In this document: in pieces, positions 23,615 through 36,214 of the stretch | Numbering within the stretch: position 1 is the first letter of the stretch | Layout of the letters: each line of letters begins with the position of its first letter | Assembly (NCBI RefSeq): GCF_004010195.1 | Contig: NC_057718.1 | Coordinates: forward strand, 11,730,387-11,790,188 | Source: Chiloscyllium plagiosum | Taxonomy: Eukaryota | DNA length: 59,802 nt | Direction: 5' to 3' | The notes under the pieces: generated by a model | What the model was told of the DNA's origin: nothing | The model's database searches: none | What the model saw: the letters and a program-made list of their open reading frames with translations, nothing else | Program-made: the position numbers and the translations under genes

Positions 23615-25490
23615 GAGAAAGACGACATTGGTAAGAGTAGTGTATAGACCATCAAACAGGAGCCACACTATAGGAAGGAGTATAAATCAACCAATAAACG
23701 GACTGTGTAAACAGAATAGAGCAATAATTATAGGTGACTTTAATGTTCATGTTGATTGGGCCAATGAAGTTGGAAAGGCTAGCTACTACAACAAATTCAT
23801 TGAGTATGATAGGGTTAGTTTCCTAGAGCGATACATCATGAAGCCAACCAAGACTACCTTGGATTTGGTAATGGGTAATGAGACAGGTTGTACAAATCAC
23901 CTCAGTGTAAAAGATCCCAAAGAAGTAGTGTTCATAGCATGATAGAATTTAGTATTCAGTTTGAGGGTGAAAAAACTGGGTTGGAGACAACTGTTTAAAA
24001 AAAAAAGGGAATTATAATGAAATTAGGCTTAGCTAAAGTGGACTTGGTGGGGAGATTAGCAGGAAAGGCAGTAAGCAAGCAGTGGTAGATTTTTAAGGAG
24101 ATAACTTAACTCTCAGCAAAAATATATCTCAGTAAGGAGGCAAGATTCAAAAAGAGGAATAAATCAACAATGGCTATCATGGGAGTTAAGGAGAGTATTA
24201 AGTTGAAAAGAAGAGCATTATTAGCACTCTCATTGACTTTTCATTGTTTTTACTTTTATTTTTCAACTGGGAACTGGAAGTTAAAGATGAGTTTTGGATT
24301 GTGGGTAGTAGCTTGTGTCAAAAGGAAAACACGCTGAATGAGCCAGGCCTAGAAGATAATTGCCAGTTGGTTCCTGATTTAAGGCTCTGCAGAGCCTTTA
24401 TTAGGGAAAAGCATTGTGTTGAAACAGATGGCAGAAGTTGGCTATTAACAAGGTCAGTGCTTAGGATTTGGTTCCAGCAAGTCTGGAAAGACCTTATGCT
24501 CATGCACATGGCAGATGTTGGATGGTGGCTGGGACGTGGTAGAGGAGGCAGTCAGTCTATCAGGGAGTGATCAGAGTTTGAATTGGGGTTTGGACCATGT
24601 TTTTGGTGAAAAGGAATCTGCTACAGCATAAGGATTTGAAAGTTCCCTGCCAAACCTCCCTGATCAACTCTTGGAAGCTCACAGAACAGAAAACCAAGTT
24701 ATAAGCATTATTGCCATGACCTGAATGAATTGTAAAGGTGGCCCCCAGAAAACCAACCAAGAAACCATCACCTGAGCCTGTGGAACAATGCCTTGTGAAA
24801 ATCACTGAAGTAATCTGGGCAGTTCTGTTACTTTCTTTTATTTATCCCTTAATTATGTTTGTTTGTCTGTTTTTTGTGCAAATGGGACTGAAAAGTGTGG
24901 ACCAATTAATTCCTTTGTTGTTTAATTTTGCTCTAGTGAAGTTATGATATTGTTAAAATGTCGATTGTTTAAAATACAAACCAGTGTCTGGAATTGAATG
25001 TTTGCAGAAGTTGGTACTGGTTATTCAAAAGTCTGGTTGAGAACCATTGGGGTCAATTTTGAGGGTCTTTGAATGTTTCAGTATTACTATGTTGTGAATA
25101 CAGAGGTTAAAAAGGCTGATTTGGTTCAGCTGTCTGCCTCTGTGTTGTGACAATATTGTAAAGAGGGAAAAGCCAGTCATAGCTCTGAAAATTGGGATAA
25201 ATGTATAATCTAGCAAAGGGCGATAATAAAGAGAGAAAATAAACTACGAAGGCAAACTAATGAGGAACGTAAAAACTCACAACCAAAGCTTCTTTGAACA
25301 TAAAAAGGAAGAGAAAGGGAAAAATAAACTTAGCGCCCCTAGAAAATGAATCTGAGATATATTTGGGAGAAGAATCAAATTGTAGAAGAGTTAAACAGAT
25401 ATTTTGCATCATCTTTACAGTGGAAGATGCTTCGAACTTCCCACTAATGCTAAAGGAAGTGGAGAAAATGCAGAGAAATTCCTTGTGTTC
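23615..25490 (+). mobile_element. Old CR1 ORF2 EN-region fragment, interrupted at ~24220-25180
   Basis: VVYRPSN...IIIGDFNVHVDW...LDLVMGNE. Resumes near 25190 (KINYEGKL; NIKRKRKGKINLAPLENE). Confidence 0.65.
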
Positions 25491-25651
25491 AACTTGGTTA
25501 CAAAGGAACACCGTCCTCACCACAGTCGAAGAGAAAATATGAGAAATAACTCTTAATTTCTGGTCTCTGAATTTCATATATTTTCTCAAATGAACAAAGG
25601 ATAGACTAAAGGCTCATGGGTTCATTCCATTTGCTAGACATGGAAATAGAA

Positions 25652-25730
25652 TTTTCTTTATTCATTCACAGGATGTGGGCATGACTGTGTAGGGCAGCAT
25701 TTATTGCCCAACTCTAATTGGCCAAAGGGC
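25652..25730 (-). mobile_element. 3' tail of the non-HE1 SINE (body appears to resume at 28556-28590)
   Basis: Reverse complement GGGCAATAAATGCTGCC...GCCCACATCCTGTGAATGAATAAAG. 28556-28585 is the reverse complement of the CTACATGTAACCCCAGACCCATAGTAAT region of the SINE at 5022-5049. Confidence 0.55.
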
Positions 25731-25731
25731 A

Positions 25732-25877
25732 TAAGAACATAAGATGTGAAGCAGGAGTAGGCCATCTGGCCCCTCAAGCATGCTCTGCCATTCAGTAAGA
25801 TCACAGGTGATCTTCTCCTGGACTCAGCTCCACTTACCCACTTGCTCACCATAATCCTTAATTCCTTTACTGTTCAA
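25732..25877 (-). mobile_element. CR1 3' end fragment
   Basis: ATAAGAACATAAGA tail; reverse complement matches the 3'UTR at 41860-41988. Confidence 0.75.
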
Positions 25878-26224
25878 TATTAGAGTTAAAAGTTGTAAAG
25901 TCATACAGCATAGAAACAGACCCTTTGGCCCAACCAGTCCAGGCTGACCACGTTCCCGAAACAAACCAGTCCCATCTGCCTGTGCTTGGCCAATATCCCG
26001 CCAAACCTTTCTTATTCATATATTGATCCAAACATCTTTGAAACGTTGTAACTGTAGCGACATCAACCACTTTCTCTGGCAGTTCATTCCACACACGAAC
26101 CACTCTGTGTAAAACATGTTGCCCCTCGTGTCCTTTTCAAATGTTTTCCTCTCATCTTAAAAATATGCCCTCTAATTTTCAACTCCCACATCCTCGGGAA
26201 AAGACCCTCCAGATTTTATAAACC

Positions 26225-26523
26225 GAGGGCAGCATGGTGGCACAGTAGTTAGCACTGCTGCCTCACAGTGCCAGAGACCCGGGTTCAATTCCTGCCTCAG
26301 GCAAACTGTGGAGTTTGCACAAAACTCTCTGCATGGGTTTCCTCCGGGTGCTACGGTTTCCTCCCACAGTCCAGTTGTTAGGTGAATTGGCCATGCTAAA
26401 TTGCCCGTAGTGTTAGGTGAAGGGGTAAATGTAGGGGAATGGGTCTGGGTGGGTTGCTCTTCAGAGGGTCAGTGTGGACTTGTTGGGCCAAAGGGCCTGT
26501 TTCCTCACTGTAAATAATCTAAT
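26225..26523 (+). mobile_element. HE1-type V-SINE
   Basis: GGTGGCACAGTAGTTAGCACTGCTGCCTCACAG, GGTTCAATTCC, V-domain, (TAATC)n tail. Confidence 0.88.
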
Positions 26524-26907
26524 CTATCAGGCTACCCTTCATCCTCCTTTTCTGATCCCTTTCTAGTTTAATAATATCCTTCCTATAACAGCAATCAGAA
26601 CTGGATACAGTATTCCAGAAGAGGCGTTACCAATGTTCTGTGCAACCTCAGCATTACGTCCCAACTCCTATACTCAAAGATCTGAACAATGACGGCAAGT
26701 GTGCTAAACACCTTCTTATCCACCCTGTGTACTGGTGATGCAAACTGCAAAGACATATTTACCTGCACCTTGTATATCTCTCAGTTCTACAACACCACCC
26801 AGGACCCTTCCATGAATTGTATATGCCCTGTCCTTGTTTGTTTTACCAAAATGCAGTACCTTACATTTATCCAAATTAAACTCCAACTGTCACTCCTCAG
26901 CCCATTG

Positions 26908-27425
26908 ATTTGTTTTTTTTTAAATTTGATTCATTATTGTCACATGTACCTATGTACAATGAAAAGTTTTGTTTTGCATGCAGTGCAGGCAGATCATAAC
27001 ATACAAATATCATAGGGAGATTGAACAGAGCAAAGAATACAAAGTTTACAGCTGCAAAAAAGGTGCACAAAAGCAAGACCAACATTAGATTTGAAATTTG
27101 CTCGGTCCATTCAGCAGTCTAATAATAGTGGCAAAGAAGATGTTCTTGAAACTGTTAGTCCGTGTGTTTAAGTTTTTGTACCTTCTGCCTGATGGAAGAG
27201 GTTTGAAGAGATTATAAATGGGGTGGGAGGGTCTTTGATGATATTGGCTGCCTTTCTGAGGCATTGAGAAGTGAAAATGAAGTAAATGGATGGAAGCTTG
27301 GCTTGGGTGATGGACTGGGCTGTGTTCACAGCTTTCTGTAGTTTCTTATTCCCCTGGGCAAAGCAGTTGCCATACCGAGACATTATGCACATAGAATGCT
27401 TTCTATGGTGTATCTGTAAAAGTTG
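26908..27425 (-). mobile_element. Rex1/Babar-like LINE 3' fragment
   Basis: Reverse complement matches 9130-9640 (YGNCFAQGNKKLQKAVNTAQSITQ). Confidence 0.72.
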
Positions 27426-28589
27426 ATCAAGATCTCTTTGTAATCTCGGATAATCTTCTTCTTCACTGTCCACTACACTGCCAATTTTGCTGTCATCCAC
27501 AAACTTATTAACCATACCTCCAATTTTCTCATCCAACTCAATTATATAAATGAAAAACAAAAGTAGGCCCAACACCAATCCCTGTGGAACACCTTGGTCA
27601 CAGGTTTCCAGTCTGAAAAACAACCCTTCACCACTAACCTCTGCCTCCTGCCATTAAGATAATTTTGTATCCAATTGGCAGCTCACCCTGAATTCCATGT
27701 GATCTAACTTTACTAATTAGTCTTCCACGTGAAACCTTATCAGATGTTTTACTAAAGTCCAAGTAAACAATGTCCACCACTCTGCTCTCATCAATCCTCT
27801 TGGTTACTTCATTAAAATCAAGTTTGTGAGCCATGATTTTCCTTGCACAAAACCATGCTGACTGTCCTTAATCAATCCTTGCCACTCCAAATGTATGTGA
27901 ATCCTATCTTTCAGAATCACCGACACCAATGTCAGATTCACAGGTCTACAGTCTCCAGACTTCTCCTTAAAGCCTTTCTTAAACAATGGTACATTAGCCA
28001 CCCTCCAGTCCTCCAGTACTTCATCTATATACATTATACAAATATTTCTGCTTGAGGCCCTGCAATTTCCTCCCAAACTTCCCACACTGTCCTGGTATCC
28101 GCTTGATCAAGTCCTGGAGATTTATCTACCTCTGTTTTCTAAGACCTCCAGCACGACTTCTTCTGTAATGTGAATTGTTTTCAACACATCAATATTTATT
28201 TCCGAGTTCTCTAGTCACCATTTTTGTCTCAATAGTAAGAACCGATGCAAAATATTCATTTAATATCTCTCCCATCCCCAGAGGTTCAACACAAAGATGA
28301 CCTCGTTGATCTTTAAGGGTTCCTACTCTCTCCAGTTGCTCTCTTACTCTTGATGTATTTATAGAATATTTTTGGATTATCTTTAACCTTACCTGCCAAG
28401 ACTATCTCATATCCCCCTTTGCCCTTCTGATTTCCTTCTCAAATCAACTCTAATCAACTTTTGAAAGTTTTGTTTCGTACCTTTAAAATTTGACTGACTC
28501 TAATTAAGAACTTAACTTCTATGACATCTTTCGCCATAACCATTTTGAAACTAACTCATTGCTGTGGGTCTGGAGTCACATGTAAGACC

Positions 28590-31500
28590 ATAATACATTG
28601 GAGCAGAAATTAAGCCATTCAGCCCATTGAGTCTGCTCTGCCATTCAATCCCACTCTCTCCCCATAACCCTTGATCCCCTTGATAATCAAGAACCCATCT
28701 ATCTCTGTGTTAAATATATTCAATGACCTGGCCTCCACAGTCTTCTGTGGCAATGAGTTCCATAGATTCATCACTCTCTGGTTGATGAAGTTTCTCCTTA
28801 TCTCGATTCTAAAGAGACTTCCCTTTGCTCTAAGACTGTGCCCTCAGGTCTTAGTCTGTCCTACCAATAGAAACCTCTTCCCAATGTCCACTCTGTCCAA
28901 GCCATTCAGTATTCTGTAAGTTTCAGATCCCCCCTCAACCTTCTAAACTCCATCGAGTATCAAGTCAGAATCCTCAAATGTTAAGCCTTTCATTCCTGGG
29001 ATCATTCTCGTGACCTTCCTCTGGACCCACTGCAGGACCAGCACATCCTTCCTGAGTTATGGGGTCTAAAATTGTTCGCAATACTCTAAATGTGGTCTGA
29101 CCAGAGCTTTATAAATGCTCAGAAGTACATCCCTGCTTTTATATTCTAGTCCTCTTGAAATAAATGCCACATTTGTATTTGCCTCCCTAACTACCGACTC
29201 AACCTGCAAGTTTACCTTAATCAAATCCTGGACTAGAACTCCCAAGTCCCTTTGCACTTCAGACTTCTGAATTTTCTCCCCATTTAGAAAATGGTCCATG
29301 CCTCTATTCTGCCTACCAACGTGCATGACCTGACACTTTCCCACATTGTATTCCACCTGCCACTTCTTTGCCCACTCTCCTAACCTGTCTAAATCCTTTT
29401 GCAGCCTCCCACCTCCTCACTACAATAGTACCTCTACCTGTGTTTGTATCATCTGCAAACTTAGCCAGAGTGCCCTCAGTTCCTTGGTCTAGATTATTAA
29501 TGTAAAAAGTGAAAGGTTGTGGTCCCAACACTGACCCTTTTGGAACACCACTTGTCACCAGCTGCATTCCTGAGAAGGTAGACAAGCAGGAGGCTGGAAG
29601 AACACAGCAAGCCTTACAGCATCAGGAGGTGGAGAAGTCAACGTCTCGAGTGTAACCCTTCTTCAGGTTTTGGAGGAGGGTTACACCCGAAACATTGACT
29701 TCTCAACATCATTACGCTGCCTGGCTTGCTGTGTTCTTCCAGCCTCCTGTTTGTCTGCCTTGGATTCCAGCATCTGCAGTTTTCTTGTCGCTATCTTGAG
29801 AATCAGCCTTTTATCTCTATTCCCTGATTTCTGTCAGACTGCCAATCGTCTATCAATGCTAGGACCTTGCCTCTAATACCATGAGCCCTTATCTTACTCA
29901 GCAGGCTCCTGTGCAGCACCTTGTCAAAGGCCTTCTGAAAGGTAGATGACATCCATTGGCTCTCTTCAGTCTAACCTGCTCGTAACCTCCTTAAATAATT
30001 CTAGCAGATTTGTCAGGTATGACCTCCCCTTGATGAAACCATGCTGACTTTGCCCTATTTTACCATACACTTCCAAGTATTCAGAAATCTCATCTTCCAC
30101 AATGGACTCCAAAATCTTACCAATGACCAAGATCAGGCTAATTGGCCTGTAATTTCCTGTCTTTTGCCTTACTCCCTTCTTAAACAGGGGTTACATTAGT
30201 GATTTTCCAGTCCTTTGGAGCCCTCCCTGACTCCAGTGATTCGTGAAAGATCACCATTAAACCTCCACTATCTCTTCAGCTACCTCCCTTGGAACTCTGG
30301 AGTGTAGTCCATTTGGTCCAGGTTATTTATCCACCTTCAGACCTTTTCAGTTTTTCTAGCACCTTCTTCTTGGTGATGACCACCATACACACCTCTGCCC
30401 TCTGCCCCCCCCCCGACCGACTGTCTTGAACTTTTGGGATATTATTCTTATCTTCCACAGGAAAGACTGATGCAAAGCATTTATTCAGCTATTTTCTTAT
30501 TCCCCGTTACTACTTCCCCAGTCCAATGTCCAATTCTGCCTCTCTTTTGCCCTTTATATATCTAAAGAATCTCTTGCAATCTTCTTTTATATTACTGGCT
30601 AGCTTACCCTCATATTTAAACTTCTCCCTCTCTATCTTCATTGTCTTCTGTTGTTCTTTGTAGGCTTCCCAATCCTCTGGCTTCCCCTTAGCCACATTAT
30701 TTGCTTTCTCTTTAGCTTTTATGCTGTCCTTAACTTCCCTTGTCAGACATGGCTGCCTCATCTTCCTTTTCGTATGCTTCTTCTTCCCTCGGGATGAATT
30801 TTTGCTGTGTTTCCTGAATTGCTCACAGCAACTCCTGCCCTTGCTGTTCCACTGTCTTTCCTGTTAGGCTCCTTTCCTGCTCAATTTTGGTCAGCTCCTC
30901 CCTCATGCCTTTCTGACTCCAGCCTTTATTCAACTGTAATATTGTTACATCGGATTCCACCTTCTTCCCCTCAAATTGCAGAGTAAGTTCTATCATATTA
31001 TGGTCACTTTCCCTCAGGGTGCCTTCACCTTAAGCTCCCTTATCAAGTTTACTTCATTGCTCAACACAAAGTCCGGAATTGCCTGCTCCCTAGTGTGCTC
31101 CACCACAAGCTGCTCCAAAAAGCCATCTCGTAGACATTCCATAAATTTCTTGCGATCCACGAGCAACCTGATTTTCCCAGGCCACCTGCATATTGAATCC
31201 CTCCATGATCTCTGTAACCTTACCTTTCTTATCTCCTGATGCATCTTGTGGCCCAAATCTTGACTTCAGTTGGAGGCCTCTAAAAGCTTTCATTTTTTTT
31301 TAAACTTTGCGGTTTCTCAACTCTGCCCACACAGATTCTACATCATCTGGCCCTACTTTGTTTCTTGCTATTGATTTAATTTCATTTCTTATTAATAAGG
31401 CAACCCCACCCCCTCTTCCCACCTGCCTGTCTTTTCAATAGGATGTATGTCCTGGGATGTTTAGCTCCCAGTCCTGATCTCCTTGCAGCCACATCTCTGT

Positions 31501-32480
31501 GATGCCAACCAAGTCATACCTGCCAACTTCAAGCTGCGCCACAAGCTCATTGTCCTTAATTTGTATACTGCTTGCATTTAGATGCAACACCTTCAGTCCT
31601 GTATTGACCATCATCTTCTCATTTGTTTATCCAGTGCGCATGAGGTTTGATTTTTAACCTTTCCAAACACTCCGTTGTATTTTGTGCGGTGGAGACTTTA
31701 ATAACCTCTCCTGAATTCTCCTTTCCTTTCATTTTTCTCCATTCTTTTCCATGCAGTTGAATCTACCCACACATATGTTAACCTGTTGCTTAGTTACCCA
31801 TTGGCCATTATACTCCTTGGAGTTTTACCCTTCCTTTCCCAATCCACTTTCTAGTTTAAAGTCCTATTTATCCTTTTCACTAGAACATTGGTCCCAGCTT
31901 GGTTCAGGTGGAGACCATCCCAATGGAACAGATCCTTCCTGTTCCAGTACTGTTGCCAGTGCCCCATGAAATGGAACCCCTCTTTCCTGAACCACTCTCT
32001 TAGCCATGTATTTACTTCCCTTATTCTCGCATCCCTATGTCAATTTGCATGTGGCTTGGGCAGTAATCTGGAGATTATAACCCTTGAGGACCTGTTCTTT
32101 AATTTAGTTCCTAGTTCCTGATAATCCCTGAACAGGTCCTCTTTCCTAGTCTGTTGTTTATGCTGACATGCACTACAACAACTAGATCCTACCCCTCCTT
32201 CTCCAATATCCTTTCAATCCAGTCAGAGGTGTCCCTCACCCTTGAAGGACTCTCTATTCTGCTTACAAAGGATACTATCTATTCCCCTAATTATAGAATC
32301 CCCCACAACTACCACCTGCCTTTTTGCTTCCGTGTCTTGAATGGCCTCCTGTGTCCTGGTACTGTGGTCAGCTGGCTCATCCTCCCTATAGCCCTGTTCC
32401 TCATCCACACAGGAAGCAAGCACCTCATTGCACAAGCTCAAGAGCCAAGGCTCCTCTGTTCCTGATTGCAGGATCCCTAT
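28590..32480 (-). mobile_element. Long CR1 LINE (ORF1 esterase through ORF2 3' end), inactivated
   Basis: QVVVVGDSIIRG (ORF1); EN start [24 protein letters not shown]...KFADDT; YKALVRPHLEYCEQF. Confidence 0.9.
29576..29790. mobile_element. Penelope-like inverted terminal-repeat pair with two hammerhead motifs, inserted in CR1
   Basis: 29576-29667 is the reverse complement of 29669-29761. Arms CTGAAGAAGGGTTACACTCGAGACGTTGAC (-) and TTGGAGGAGGGTTACACCCGAAACATTGAC (+). Flanked by TCCTGAGAA / TCTTGAGAA. Confidence 0.72.
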
Positions 32481-32489
32481 ACCTGCCTT

Positions 32490-33335
32490 CTGAAACAGAG
32501 TGTCCCTCGCCCATTCACTGCCCCCACCCCCACTTACTGCCCCCACCCCGACTTACTGCCAACTTCCCGATTCACTGCCCCCTCACCATTTGCTACCCCG
32601 TCCCCCAGTCACTGCTCACCTCCTCCCCCATTCAGTGCCCCCTCCCAAATCACTGCAGCCTCCCTCACCATTNNNNNNNNNNNNNNNNNNNNNNNNNNNN
32701 NNNNNNNNNNNNNNNNNNNNNNNNNNNNNNNNNNNNNNNNNNNNNNNNNNNNNNNNNNNNNNNNNNNNNNNNNNNNNNNNNNNNNNNNNNNNNNNNNNNN
32801 NNNNNNNNNNNNNNNNNNNNNNNNNNNNNNNNNNNNNNNNNNNNNNNNNNNNNNNNNNNNNNNNNNNNNNNNNNNNNNNNNNNNNNNNNNNNNNNNNNNN
32901 NNNNNNNNNNNNNNNNNNNNNNNNNNNNNNNNNNNNNNNNNNNNNNNNNNNNNNNNNNNNNNNNNNNNNNNNNNNNNNNNNNNNNNNNNNNNNNNNNNNN
33001 NNNNNNNNNNNNNNNNNNNNNNNNNNNNNNNNNNNNNNNNNNNNNNNNNNNNNNNNNNNNCCCCATCTCCATTCAGAGCTCTCCTCCCCTCTTCACAGCC
33101 TCCCTTGCCCAATCACAGCTTTCCTCCCTCAATCACAACTCTCCTCCCCATTCACAGTATCCCGCCAATCACAGACTCGATCCCCCAATCTCAGCTCCCC
33201 TCCTACAATCACACCCTCCTTCCCTGTTCACAGCCACTCCTGTATTCACATCCTCCTCCCTCATTCAATGCCCCCTTCCCCATCCTGTACCCTCCCCTCT
33301 ACCCATTCACAGCCTCACTAGCCCATTCACAACTG
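32490..33335. repeat. C-rich degenerate minisatellite (CCCATTCACWG-type units) spanning an N gap
   Basis: Recurrent CCCCATTCACAG/CTG every ~20 bp on both sides of the gap at 32673-33060. Confidence 0.8.
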
Positions 33336-34242
33336 CTCCATGTTTAAAAGATTAAATGCAGACATGTGAATTTAAGCAGGGCTTGGCACAGTAAACAATA
33401 TGCCAGAGGCTTATCTTTCTATTCCTTTTTGCCTCCCATGTCTTGTTAGCTTCCCCTGAAATGTATCCATGCTTTGCCAATCATTTCAACCACCCTGTGA
33501 TAGCAGGTTCCAGCACTTTTTGGAGAAAGGATTTTACTTGAATTTCTCATTCTATTTAATAGTGGCTTTCCTATGGCCACTTGGTTTTGGACTGTCCCAT
33601 AAGTGGAATATTCTCTTTGTCTAATTTAGCTAGCTATAATGATTTTCAAAATATCTATCAGGTCACCCCTCAGCCTTTTATTTCAAGAGCAAGGAGCCCC
33701 AGCCCTGTTCAATCTTTCCTGAAATGTAAATTGTCATTGTTCTTGAATCATTCTTGTAAATCTTTATCATTTCCTCTTGTTTCTTATATTCTTTTTTTGT
33801 AAAATGGAGAACACTAAGCTTGATTATTCTAGCAACTTTCTACACAAGTTTATCAAAAGTTTAGGGCAGTTCCTTTACTTAAGTTGGGCTTCATGGATGC
33901 TCAGCATAAAGCCCAATACTTGAGGGTGTTTGTGGTTTAATATATACTATTCCACATCAAAAATACAGATAGTTGGTTTCTACTTGAGTCAGGTATCAGA
34001 AGTTTGTTTACAATAATGATAATCTACACATTGAGAATACCTTCCATTTTGCAATGTGAGCACCATTATTGTGCTAAATGGAATAGATTTCTAACAAATA
34101 ATGCAATTTAAGACTGGGTATCAATCTTGCACTGTGGGCTATCAACAGCAATAACAGAATCGTATTCCAATACAATCTGCAATCCCATGACCCAGCACAT
34201 CCCCACTCTATCACTGCCATCCAGCCAGGGGATCATCCTGGG

Positions 34243-35353
34243 GGGCTCAAGTGCGTATACTTCAACGCAAGGAGTATCAGAAATAAGGTGGGTGAACTTA
34301 AGGCGTGGATCGGTACCTGGGACTACAAGTTGGTGGCCATCACGGAAACGTGGATAGATGTGGGACAGGAATGGCTGTTGGAGGTTCCTGGTTACAGGTG
34401 TTTCAGTAAGATTAGGGAGGGTGGGAAAAAAGGAGGGGGGGTGGCATTGCTAATTAGAAATGGTATAACGGCTGCAGAAAGGAAGTTTGAGGGGGATCTG
34501 CCTCTGGAGGTAGTATGGGCTGAAGTCAGAAATAGGAAAGGTGCAATCACCTTGTTGGGTGTTTACTATAGGCCCCCCAATAGCAGCAGAGATGTGGAGA
34601 AACAGATGGGGAAACAGATTTTGGAAAGGTGCAGAAGCCACAGGATAGTAGTCATGAGCGATTTCAACTTCCCAAATATTGATTGGAAGCTCTTTAGATC
34701 AAGTAGATGGGATGGGGCGGTGTTTGTGCAGTGTGTCCAGGAAGCTTTTCTAACGCAGTATGTAGATTGTCCAACCAGAGGGGAGGCCATATTGGATTTG
34801 GTACTCGGTAATGAACCGGGACAAGTGATGGGCTTGTTAATGGGTGAACATTTTGGTGATGGTGACCACAATTCTGTGACTTTCACCTTGGTTATGGAGA
34901 GAGATAGGTGCGCACAACAAGGTAGATTTTATAATTGGGGGAAGGGAAATTACGATGCTGTAAGGCAGGATTTGAGGAGCATACGTTGGGAGCATACGTT
35001 GTCAGGGAAGGATGTGGTGGAAATGTGGAACTTCTTCAAAGAGCAGATACGACGTGTCCATGAAATGTATGTACCTATCAGGCAGGAAAGAAATGGCCGT
35101 GTGAGGGAGCCTTGGTTGACGAGAGAGGTTGAATGTCTGGTAAAGAGGAAGAAGGAGGCTTACATAAGGTTGAGGAAACAGGATTCAGACAGAGCAGTGG
35201 AGGGATACAGGATAGCCAGAAGGGACCTGAAGAAAGGGATTAGGAGAGCTAAGAGAGGGCATGAAAAATCGTTGGCGGATAGGATCAAGGATAACCCCAA
35301 GGCATTTTATGCGTATGTGAGAAACCTGAGAATGACGAGAACGAGGGTAGGTC
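34243..35353 (+). mobile_element. Young CR1 LINE, ORF2 endonuclease half (open frame)
   Basis: GLKCVYFNARSIRNK, VAITETW, GGGVALLI, GVYYRPP, DFNFP, ILDLVL, DHNSV. No stops over 1.1 kb. Confidence 0.93.
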
Positions 35354-35396
35354 NNNNTTTACCCCCTTCCCCCCCACCAACCCTCAGCCCACCACA

Positions 35397-35522
35397 TTCT
35401 TGCTGAAGAGCTTATGCTTCAAGCATCCACTCTCCTGCTCCTTGGATGATGCCTGACCGACTGTGCTTTTCTAGCGCCACACCTTTTGACTCTGATCTCC
35501 AGCATCTGCAGTCCTCACTTTG
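35397..35522 (+). mobile_element. Degenerate Penelope-like terminal repeat (same family as 15022)
   Basis: TCCTGCTCCTTGGATGATGCCTGACCGACTGTGCTTTTCTAGC...CCAGCATCTGCAGTCCTCACTTT. Hammerhead core decayed. Confidence 0.6.
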
Positions 35523-36214
35523 TTCCCGTCATTAATTCTACCCAAAGTAGCACCTTGCCTAACAAATGGGAGAAACTCAGCCCTAAGTCAATGCTTAAGG
35601 TCCACAATCTGCACTAGTTCTGACACAGAGTCACTGACATCTGTCTTTCTCTGCCAGTCTTGCTAAGCATCTCCAATACCTCCTGTATACATTGAAGCAA
35701 AAATAACTCCTTTTTGGCAGATCTCCAAAAGGTAACTCGACTTATTTTAAAGCCCTCAGTCCTCCTCCAACAAGAAATTCAGCACCAGCTGGCTGTGCTC
35801 TGCTTCAGCACAACATTCAACAGGAATTCTTAAAATACGTTAGGGTATGAGAAAAGCATGAACTATTTACTGTTCAAAAAAGCATCAATGTCAAATGTGG
35901 TAAAAGGCAGTAATTTATATATCTTATTATATGTGTGATTAGCATCATTTTTAGTGTTTTGATTTTAAAACAGTGACATATGGAAGTTGATTACATTTGT
36001 AAAGTTTTTTTAAAAAAGTCAGACAATCCTTCTGTAACAGTGATCTAATATTGTCTGCGTCAGAGAGCAGGTTATGACAAATACCTGGAGTGTTGATGGA
36101 AAAACATACTAATACTGTGGGGTTTATGACAGGTAGAATAAACATGGAAGGTTATGAGTTTGTTCTAGTTCCAAATAATCAAGGATTGATTTTAGTTTAG
36201 AAACTTTATTTTTT

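Larger units (their letters stand above)
25898..28445 (-). mobile_element. HER1/CR1 LINE ORF2 3' half, with nested HE1 and Rex1-like insertions
   Basis: VRVWNELPEKVV; QGVPQGLVLGLLLF...KFVDDSKIG; DFSKTSDKV; EDWRVANVPLFKKG. Confidence 0.88.
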
